A stretch of DNA of 64,000 nucleotides from Escherichia coli. Lineage in GTDB: Bacteria; Pseudomonadota; Gammaproteobacteria; Enterobacterales; Enterobacteriaceae. The position numbers and the translations under genes were made by a program. The stretch lies in assembly GCF_002854065.1 (NCBI RefSeq), contig NZ_CP024147.1. The stretch is one strand, 5' to 3'. Below, piece after piece: positions 43,583 to 52,400 of the stretch. The notes beneath the pieces are model-generated. The model did not search any database. It was given only the letters and a program-made list of their open reading frames with translations, and had not been told where the DNA came from. Positions within the stretch are counted from its first letter, which is position 1; every line of letters begins with the position of its first letter.

Positions 43583-43855
43583 ATGACACCCTTACATTGC
43601 GCAAATGAGGGGCGCACGAAATTGCTGCGCGCCCAGTAGTAATCTTTCAATTTTAGCAAATGGCTTTCTTCTGCATTTTCGCTTTTGTGTCCCCCACATC
43701 AGAGTAATGAATGTTTTGATCAAACAGAGGGCAAAAAAATAGCCATAAAAAAGTAAAAATGCGGGGCAACGCGCAGGACAGCTCTCGACGCCGCCCTCTG
43801 TGCTGCCTATTATTTATGGCGGTGTCGTTTGGCTTGAAGATCAGAGGAAGAAGAG

Positions 43856-44122
43856 ATGCGAGCAGCGTTTTGGGTAGGGTGTGCCGCTTTATTGTTGTCG
43901 GCGTGTAGTAGTGAGCCTGTTCAGCAGGCGACTGCGGCGCACGTAGCGCCAGGTTTAAAAGCGTCGATGTCCAGTAGTGGAGAAGCAAATTGTGCAATGA
44001 TCGGCGGTTCGCTTTCTGTTGCCCGTCAACTGGATGGTACGGCGATTGGGATGTGTGCATTACCCAACGGCAAACGCTGTAGCGAACAGTCACTTGCCGC
44101 CGGGAGCTGTGGCAGCTATTAA
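43856..44122 (+). CDS. ydbJ: Lipoprotein YdbJ (DUF333)
   Basis: ORF track 88 aa; lipobox LLSAC. Confidence 0.85.
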   Translation: MRAAFWVGCAALLLSACSSEPVQQATAAHVAPGLKASMSSSGEANCAMIGGSLSVARQLDGTAIGMCALPNGKRCSEQSLAAGSCGSY

Positions 44123-44541
44123 TTCATTAAATCCGCCAGCTTATAAGTTAATGTCTGTTTCGCGGTCGCCAGCGTTAACTGGTTCGCGGTCAGATCCACT
44201 TGTGCACCTTCTTTCAGCATTTCGCTAATGGTGTTATCGAGTTCATTAAGCTGCGGGTTAGCGCACATCATACGGGTCATTGCCAGCCCTTTGGCTGTCA
44301 GTTCACCATTAGACAGTTTGCCTTCACCGCTAAAGCGGTTACACATGCTGCCGGAAATCATCATTTTTTCACCAAAGCTGATTTCTGGCGGATTTTTATC
44401 GCTGGTCACGGGCTTACCGTTTACGCTTTCCAGCACAAAGCGATGATGCTGTAGCTGTTCTGGCGTAACAGCAATTTTGTCATTACTTACACATCCCGCC
44501 ATCAGCAGGCTTAGCGCAACAAACGCGGCTACTTTCTTCAT
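44119..44541 (-). CDS. hslJ: Heat-inducible lipoprotein HslJ
   Basis: ORF track 44119..44553; start trimmed to MKKVAAFVALSLLMAGC (140 aa); lipobox. Confidence 0.9.
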   Translation of the reverse strand: MKKVAAFVALSLLMAGCVSNDKIAVTPEQLQHHRFVLESVNGKPVTSDKNPPEISFGEKMMISGSMCNRFSGEGKLSNGELTAKGLAMTRMMCANPQLNELDNTISEMLKEGAQVDLTANQLTLATAKQTLTYKLADLMN

Positions 44542-44651
44542 TGTGGTTCTCAATTACAGTTTCTGACTCAGGACTATTTTAAGAATAGAGAATGAAAGGT
44601 CATTGGGGATTATCTGAATCAGCTCCCCTGGATTGCAGGGGAGCGGCAAGA

Positions 44652-45641
44652 TTAAACCAGTTCGTTCGGGCAGGTTTCACCTTTTTCCAGATTGCTTAAG
44701 TTTTGCAGCGTAGTCTGAGAAATACTGGTCAGAGCTTCTGCTGTCAGGAATGCCTGGTGCCCGGTAAACAGCACGTTGTGGCAGGCGGACAGGCGACGGA
44801 ATACGTCATCCTGGATCACGTCGTTGGATTTATCTTCAAAGAACAGATCGCGTTCGTTCTCATACACGTCCATACCCAACGAACCAATTTTCTGATTTTT
44901 CAGCGCTTCAATTGCTGCCTGAGAATCAATCAATGCACCGCGACTGGTATTGACGATCATCACGCCATTTTTCATCTGATCGAAGGCGGCTTCGTTCAAC
45001 AGATGGTAGTTTTCCGGTGTCAGCGGGCAGTGCAGAGAGATAACGTCTGATTCAGAGAACAGGGTTGGCAGATCGACATACTCCACACCGAGTTCCAGCG
45101 CCGCTGCACTTGGATACGGATCGAACGCCAGCAGACGCATACCAAAACCTTTCAGAATGCGCAGCATCGCCACACCGATTTTACCGGTACCGATAACGCC
45201 TGCCGTTTTGCCATACATAGTAAAGCCAGTCAGACCTTCTAGAGAGAAGTTGGCGTCACGGGTACGCTGATACGCGCGGTGAATACGGCGGTTCAGCGTC
45301 ATCATCATACCGATGGCGTGTTCAGCAACGGCCTCTGGATCATAGGCTGGAACACGGACTACTTTCAGCCCCAGTTCTTTTGCCGCGTCAAGGTCGACGT
45401 TATTGAAACCGGCACAGCGCAGGGCGATATATTTAACGCCGTGCTTTTTCAGCTCTTCCAGCACCGGGCGGCTGCCGTCATCGTTTACGAAAATACATAC
45501 TGCTTCGCAGCCATTGGCAGTTTTAGCGGTTTTTTCCGTCAGCAGAAAGTCAAAAAATTCCAGCTCAAAGCCAAAGGACTCGTTCACCTGTTGCAGGTAC
45601 TTCTTGTCGTACTGTTTTGTGCTATAAACGGCGAGTTTCAT
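44652..45641 (-). CDS. ldhA: Fermentative D-lactate dehydrogenase LdhA
   Basis: ORF track 329 aa; D-2-hydroxyacid dehydrogenase NAD motif GVIGTGKIG. Confidence 0.95.
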   Translation of the reverse strand: MKLAVYSTKQYDKKYLQQVNESFGFELEFFDFLLTEKTAKTANGCEAVCIFVNDDGSRPVLEELKKHGVKYIALRCAGFNNVDLDAAKELGLKVVRVPAYDPEAVAEHAIGMMMTLNRRIHRAYQRTRDANFSLEGLTGFTMYGKTAGVIGTGKIGVAMLRILKGFGMRLLAFDPYPSAAALELGVEYVDLPTLFSESDVISLHCPLTPENYHLLNEAAFDQMKNGVMIVNTSRGALIDSQAAIEALKNQKIGSLGMDVYENERDLFFEDKSNDVIQDDVFRRLSACHNVLFTGHQAFLTAEALTSISQTTLQNLSNLEKGETCPNELV

Positions 45642-45848
45642 AAGACTTTCTCCAGTGATGTTGAATCACATTTAAGCTACTAAAAATATTTTACAAAATT
45701 TCAAATTTAATTGAAAGCTATGGCGATATTGAAAAATTCATCAACAACTATGCTTAGTGTAGGCGCAACCTTCAACTGAACGGTTAAACATGCCACAATA
45801 CCCGTATTGAATGCTTAATTTTTCGCTAAATCAGGATATTAACTACCC

Positions 45849-48488
45849 ATGCTGGGTAAATATAAAGCCGTTCTCGCGCTGTTATTACTGATTATTCTTG
45901 TGCCGTTGACGCTGCTGATGACGCTCGGGCTGTGGGTTCCCACGCTGGCGGGCATCTGGCTACCGCTCGGGACACGTATTGCATTAGATGAAAGCCCACG
46001 CATTACGCGTAAAGGTTTAATCATTCCCGATCTCCGTTATCTGGTGGGAGATTGTCAGCTTGCGCATATCACCAACGCCAGCCTTTCACATCCCAGCCGC
46101 TGGTTATTGAACGTCGGCACGGTAGAACTTGATTCTGCTTGTCTGGCGAAATTGCCGCAGACGGAGCAATCGCCAGCTGCTCCAAAAACCCTCGCGCAAT
46201 GGCAGTCCATGCTGCCTAACACCTGGATCAATATTGATAAACTGATTTTTTCTCCCTGGCAGGAATGGCAGGGAAAACTCTCTCTCGCATTAACCTCCGA
46301 TATCCAGCAACTGCGTTATCAGGGCGAAAAAGTTAAATTTCAAGGCCAGCTGAAAGGGCAACAACTTACAGTCAGCGAACTGGATGTCGTCGCGTTTGAA
46401 AATCAGCCGCCGGTTAAACTGGTGGGGGAATTTACTATGCCGCTAGTGCCGGATGGACTTCCTGTAAGTGGTCATGCTACTGCGACGTTAAACTTGCCGC
46501 AGGAACCGTCACTGGTAGATGCCGAGCTGGACTGGCAGGAAAATAGCGGGCAATTGATTGTGCTGGCACGGGATAACGGCGATCCGTTGCTCGATTTGCC
46601 GTGGCAAATTACGCGTCAACAATTGACCGTAAGCGATGGTCGCTGGAGCTGGCCGTATGCAGATTTTCCTTTGAGTGGCCGACTGGGTGTCAAAGTCGAC
46701 AACTGGCAGGCAGGGCTTGAGAACGCTCTGGTCAGCGGACGACTGAGTGTGCTGACCCAGGGGCAAGCGGGTAAGGGCAACGCGGTGCTTAATTTTGGCC
46801 CAGGAAAATTAAGCATGGATAACAGCCAGCTGCCTCTGCAGCTGACCGGTGAAGCGAAACAGGCGGACCTCATTTTATATGCCCGTTTACCTGCGCAGGT
46901 AAGTGGAAGTCTGTCTGACCCAACGCTGACCTTTGAGCCAGGCGCGTTACTTCGTTCAAAGGGAAGAGTCATCGATTCGCTGGACATCGATGAAATCCGC
47001 TGGCCTTTAGCGGGTGTAAAAGTCACCCAACGTGGTGTTGACGGACGTTTGCAGGCCATTTTGCAGGCGCATGAAAATGAACTGGGCGATTTCGTGCTGC
47101 ATATGGATGGGCTGGCGAATGATTTTCTCCCTGACGCTGGCCGCTGGCAGTGGCGCTACTGGGGAAAAGGGAGTTTTACACCGATGAATGCCACCTGGGA
47201 TGTCGCAGGAAAAGGTGAGTGGCATGACAGCACGATTACGCTGACCGATCTCTCCACCGGTTTCGACCAGTTACAATACGGTACGATGACGGTAGAAAAG
47301 CCGCGATTAATTCTCGACAAGCCCGTCGTCTGGGTACGTGACGCACAGCATCCCTCCTTCAGCGGCACGCTGTCACTGGACGCCGGGCAAACGCTGTTCA
47401 CTGGCGGCAGTGTGTTACCGCCATCAACCTTAAAATTTAGCGTCGATGGGCGCGATCCGACGTATTTCCTCTTTAAAGGCGATTTACATGCTGGTGAGAT
47501 TGGCCCGGTTCGGGTAAATGGTCGCTGGGACGGTATTCGTCTGCGCGGTAATGCCTGGTGGCCTAAACAATCACTGACTGTATTCCAGCCGCTGGTGCCA
47601 CCCGACTGGAAGATGAACTTACGCGATGGTGAACTGTATGCTCAGGTTGCATTTTCTGCTGCGCCTGAACAAGGATTCCGCGCGGGAGGGCACGGCGTGT
47701 TGAAAGGCGGTAGTGCCTGGATGCCAGATAATCAGGTTAACGGTGTCGATTTTGTCCTGCCTTTCCGTTTTGCCGATGGAGCCTGGCATCTGGGGACTCG
47801 CGGCCCCGTTACGTTGCGAATTGCCGAAGTGATTAATCTGGTGACAGCGAAAAATATTACGGCTGATTTGCAAGGGCGTTATCCGTGGACTGAAGAAGAA
47901 CCATTGCTGTTGACTGATGTTAGCGTCGATGTGTTAGGCGGTAACGTGCTGATGAAACAATTACGTATGCCGCAACATGACCCGGCGCTGTTGCGGCTGA
48001 ATAATCTCTCATCCAGCGAACTGGTTAGCGCCGTCAATCCGAAACAATTTGCCATGTCCGGGGCATTTAGTGGTGCATTGCCGTTATGGCTGAACAATGA
48101 AAAATGGATTGTCAAAGAGGGCTGGTTGGCAAACGCGGGGCCGATGACGCTGCGTCTGGATAAAGACACTGCAGATGCGGTGGCCAAAGACAATATGACC
48201 GCTGGAACTGCCATCAACTGGTTGCGTTATATGGAAATCAGTCGCTCATCAACAAGGATTAATTTAGATAATCTCGGTGTGTTAACCATGCAGGCCAACA
48301 TTTCGGGCACCAGTCGCGTCGATGGTAAAAGCGGTACGGTAAACCTTAATTATCACCATGAAGAGAATATTTTTACGTTATGGCGCAGTTTACGCTTTGG
48401 CGATAATCTCCAGGTATGGCTGGAGCAGAATGCCCAGCTACCGGAAACTGGCTGCCCATCAGGAAAAGAGTGTGAGGAAAAACAATGA
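45849..48488 (+). CDS. ydbH: AsmA-like large envelope protein YdbH
   Basis: ORF track 879 aa with N-terminal TM anchor; synteny. Confidence 0.9.
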   Translation: MLGKYKAVLALLLLIILVPLTLLMTLGLWVPTLAGIWLPLGTRIALDESPRITRKGLIIPDLRYLVGDCQLAHITNASLSHPSRWLLNVGTVELDSACLAKLPQTEQSPAAPKTLAQWQSMLPNTWINIDKLIFSPWQEWQGKLSLALTSDIQQLRYQGEKVKFQGQLKGQQLTVSELDVVAFENQPPVKLVGEFTMPLVPDGLPVSGHATATLNLPQEPSLVDAELDWQENSGQLIVLARDNGDPLLDLPWQITRQQLTVSDGRWSWPYADFPLSGRLGVKVDNWQAGLENALVSGRLSVLTQGQAGKGNAVLNFGPGKLSMDNSQLPLQLTGEAKQADLILYARLPAQVSGSLSDPTLTFEPGALLRSKGRVIDSLDIDEIRWPLAGVKVTQRGVDGRLQAILQAHENELGDFVLHMDGLANDFLPDAGRWQWRYWGKGSFTPMNATWDVAGKGEWHDSTITLTDLSTGFDQLQYGTMTVEKPRLILDKPVVWVRDAQHPSFSGTLSLDAGQTLFTGGSVLPPSTLKFSVDGRDPTYFLFKGDLHAGEIGPVRVNGRWDGIRLRGNAWWPKQSLTVFQPLVPPDWKMNLRDGELYAQVAFSAAPEQGFRAGGHGVLKGGSAWMPDNQVNGVDFVLPFRFADGAWHLGTRGPVTLRIAEVINLVTAKNITADLQGRYPWTEEEPLLLTDVSVDVLGGNVLMKQLRMPQHDPALLRLNNLSSSELVSAVNPKQFAMSGAFSGALPLWLNNEKWIVKEGWLANAGPMTLRLDKDTADAVAKDNMTAGTAINWLRYMEISRSSTRINLDNLGVLTMQANISGTSRVDGKSGTVNLNYHHEENIFTLWRSLRFGDNLQVWLEQNAQLPETGCPSGKECEEKQ

Positions 48489-48670
48489 AAATAGTGATAG
48501 CCGCGTTTGCGTCCTCTTTTATGTTGGTTGGTTGCACGCCTCGCATTGAAGTGGCTGCGCCGAAAGAGCCAATCACCATTAATATGAACGTTAAAATTGA
48601 GCATGAAATCATCATTAAAGCGGATAAGGACGTTGAAGACCTGCTCAAAACCCGTAGCGATCTATTTTGA
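48485..48670 (+). CDS. ynbE: Small lipoprotein YnbE
   Basis: ORF track 61 aa; lipobox LVGC; start overlaps ydbH stop. Confidence 0.85.
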   Translation: MKIVIAAFASSFMLVGCTPRIEVAAPKEPITINMNVKIEHEIIIKADKDVEDLLKTRSDLF

Positions 48671-48674
48671 GGTG

Positions 48675-49001
48675 ATGATGAAAAGAACATTACTCATAGC
48701 TGTATGGGCCATTGGCCTGATGAGCGACAGTGCAATGGCTTTAACCCTGAACGAAGCCAGAAGTCAGGGGCGGGTAGGTGAAACGCTTAACGGTTACCTG
48801 GTGGCGCTACAAACGGATGCCGAAACACAGGCATTAGTAAAAGATATTAATGAAGCTCGTAACCATAGTTATCAACAACTGGCAAAGCAAAATAATGTAT
48901 CCACTAAAGAGATAGCCAAACTGGCTGGACAAAAGCTTGTTGCTCGCGCGAAGTCGGGGCAATATGTTCAGGGAATTAATGGTAAATGGTTGCGCAAATA
49001 A
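48675..49001 (+). CDS. ydbL: Periplasmic protein YdbL (DUF1318)
   Basis: ORF track 48597..49001; start trimmed to MMKRTLLIAVWAIG (108 aa) with signal peptide. Confidence 0.85.
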   Translation: MMKRTLLIAVWAIGLMSDSAMALTLNEARSQGRVGETLNGYLVALQTDAETQALVKDINEARNHSYQQLAKQNNVSTKEIAKLAGQKLVARAKSGQYVQGINGKWLRK

Positions 49002-49408
49002 ATTATAGTTGGCTACAAAATGTATCTATTAATGATCTTTTACAGTATTTAAACTGACGTTAGCATGCTTAATTACCGTGGGTATTTCTACAAAAACCTT
49101 ATATATCCTTCCCTTAAATAACAAATCATTACCAATATATATGTAATCACAAAATATATATGCAGCGTCAATGAATTATTAGTGTGTTTTTGTTTTTTGT
49201 CGTTAATTTTTAGATTGAAGTGAGTTTTTTGTGGAATATAATTCCATCAACTGTTTTTTTGTATGCTTTTACTTGCCTGATTTTAATATTGATTTTGTGA
49301 ATTATATAAGCATTTCTTTATTGCTTATTTCACTATGAATATTTACTACGATTTATCTTCAAATTCTGCATGGCTTGTTACGCACGGTCTAGATCTAAGG
49401 AATTTTAT

Positions 49409-52400
49409 ATGCAAAGGAAAAAATTATTGTCTGTTTGTGTTGCCATGGCGTTAAGTAGCCAGACATGGGCTGCGGATACTTCAATACCCGACTCAACCGA
49501 AAAAACACGTAAGTCCAGTAAGATAACATGTCCGGCAAATATTCATTCCCTGAGCAAAGAGCAGCTAGAAAATTTATCCGCGGAGTGCAGAGAAAATAAA
49601 GATAGTGCAGTTTTACCATGGGCAGCTGCAGGTCTTGCTGCAGTAGCTACGGGAATTGCTATATATACCTTAAGTGACGATGACAATCACCACCATAATA
49701 ACTCCCCAGTTCCGGATGATGGCGGTGATACGCCAGTTCCGCCAGACGACGGCGGTGATACGCCGGTTCCGCCAGATGACGGCGGTGATACGCCGGTTCC
49801 GCCAGATGACGGCGGTGATACGCCAGTTCCGCCAGATGACGGCGGTGATACGCCAGTTCCGCCAGATGACGGCGATGATACGCCGGTTCCGCCAGATGAC
49901 GGCGGTGATACGCCAGTTCCGCCAGATGACGGCGGTGATACGCCAGTTCCGCCAGATGACGGCGGTGATACGCCGGTTCCACCAGATGATGGCGGTGATA
50001 CGCCAGTTCCAGACGACGGCGGTGATACGCCTGTTCCGCCAGACGATGGTGGCGATACCCCGGTTAAACACGATCCTGTCGTCTATAAAAATGACGTAAC
50101 CTGGGATCAGGACGCGAAAACCGTCAAAATTCGCGAAACCACCTTTACCTACAGCCAAAATGCCGATGGGAGTTACACCTTAACCGCGCCTGATGGCCTG
50201 ACGACGATAGTCAAGGGCTGGACAGTCCATGACGACAGCAACACCGTCATCTTTGATGGCGTAAATACGGCAGGTGGCATCACCTGGAGCTACGACGATG
50301 ATGGGCTCATCCATATCACTAAAGAGGCCGGTGTCGTTGTTGATGGCACAACCGGAACTGCGATTGATTTTGGTAATGCGATCATCACCGATCAGGGCGG
50401 CAATACGGCGCTGAATGGCGGTACTGTCATGACGGTTGAGGGTGACAACATCACCCTCAACAACGACGGTAAAACGACCGCCATCGGCGAGGGTTCGGTC
50501 GTTGGTATCCTTACTGGTGACGATATCACTATCAATAACAACGGCGAGACGGAAGTTGACGGCGGTACCGCAGTAATCATCAATGGCGATAATGCTACGC
50601 TGAACACTGCGGGCGACTCGACCATCACCAATGGTGGTACGGGTAGCCTTATCAATGGCGATAATGCGCGGGTCGATAATCAAGGTACCATGAGCGTTGA
50701 CGGTGAGAATTCCACTGGCTCGAAAATTGTCGGTGACGGTGCCACCATCAAACAGGAAGGCGACTTATACGTAAGCGGTGGTGCGCACGGTATTGACGTT
50801 GACGGCAATGATACGTTCGTTAGCAACAAAGGTAATATTACGGTCATCGAAGATAACTCTATTGGCATGCTGCTTGATGGTGATGGCGTCAGCGTGATCA
50901 ACATGGGCGACCTCAATGTTGGTCAGGCCGCAGCGGGTGAAAATGCCATTGGCATTCAGATCGACGGTGATAATGCGACATTTGTTAACGTTGGTGATAT
51001 TTCCGCGACCAATGCCGGAACCGGTGTCAGCGTTGCTGGGGATAAAGCTAATATTTCACTCGCGGGTGGGTTAGACGTTGGGGATTTCTCCACCGGTCTT
51101 GATGTCTCTGGCAATAATAACAACATGACGCTGGCGACTTATGAGCTGAATGTGACAGGGCAAAAAGCGACGGGTGTTAATGTTTCGGGTGATGGCAATA
51201 CGATTGAAATCGCAGGCAGCATTCTGGTTGATAAAGATCAGAAAGCCGATAATGCGCAACCTTACTTCTTTAATCCCTCAACCGGCGTAAATATCAGCGG
51301 TAATAACAATGACGTCACGCTGGATGGTCAGTTAACCGTTGTTGCTGATAGCGAAACCACTACGCGTTCCTATGCAAGTTACGACGGTGCTCAGGAGCAC
51401 ATTGCGGGTATTGTTATTGCTGGCGATGACAATACCTTCACGCTTAATGGCGGTGTCCATTTTGTCGGTGAAAAAAATGTCATGGATGATGGCTCAAAAC
51501 CTGCCGCATCTCGTCGTGGTATCGGAGATACACCGCTTATGAGCGTTGATGGGCATTCCTCAGTCTACCTCAATGGTGAGTCAACCATCAGCGGTGAGTT
51601 CCCGCTGGGTTTCGAAAATCTCATTCAACTGAGTAATGGCGCGGAGCTGGAGATTGGCGCTGACGCAACGTTTGATATGAGTGATGTGGATTCTTTCACT
51701 TATTATTATCGTGTAGCGTTATCCACTATTAGTATTGATTATGGTGCGAAGGCGACAAACAACGGTGAAGTGGAACTGAAAAATATCGGTTTTGCGGCTG
51801 CCTGGAATAAAGATTCAACGGTAATCAATAACGGATCCATTGGCCTGGCGATGTACGATTTTGGTACCGACCCGGCACCAAAAGTCTTTGACGTTGAATA
51901 CGGTGGGATTGGCGTTAACAATGGTACCATGACCACCAAAATGATGAATCAGCACAGTGTGCTGAATTATCCGGCAGAGTGGAACTTGTCTGATGGTACC
52001 TCTTTCAATAACAAGGCATTAGGGCTGACAGGTATGCTTGCCAGCTACTCGTCATCCATTCTGAACGGCGAAACGGGCATTATTGATATGTATGGCCGTG
52101 GCAGTGTAGGGATGCTAGCCATCGATAAATCAACCGCGGATAACGAAGGGCAAATCACCCTGGATACGCTGTGGGTTGATGAAAATGATGAAACATCGCT
52201 GCGTAATAATGTTGCAAATAGCACGGCGAAAGATTTCGGTGTGGGAATGGCTTCAGGTACCGATGCCTATAATGGGGCATTAACTAAAGCCACGGCAACC
52301 AACCACGAGAATGGTGTGATTACTGTCTACAACGCCGGTGCGGGGATGGCGGCGTATGGGAATACTAATACGGTCATTAACCAGGGAACCATCAACCTGG

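Noticed and set aside
40096-43639. Plus-strand ORFs up to 182 aa inside pfo (ydbK)
   Set aside because: Antisense to a well-supported 1174-aa gene with recognisable Fe-S and TPP motifs; no independent support.
43653-44093. 146-aa minus-strand ORF spanning the pfo-ydbJ intergenic region and antisense to ydbJ
   Set aside because: Overlaps the ydbJ lipoprotein gene on the opposite strand and the pfo promoter; no domain signal.
49715-50067. Possible CRISPR array (regularly spaced 30-bp repeats)
   Set aside because: Units are directly adjacent with no spacers, lie in frame inside a long coding sequence, and no cas genes are nearby; this is a coding tandem repeat.
49659-50158. Three overlapping repeat-rich ORFs (49659..49982 minus, 49670..50158 minus, 49674..50099 plus) with reiterated WRNRRITAVI or AYHRRHLAEL motifs
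   Set aside because: They are the alternative-frame and antisense readings of the 30-bp tandem repeat inside ydbA; the periodic amino-acid pattern is an artefact of the repeat, and the ydbA frame is the one with a signal peptide and continuous domain structure.
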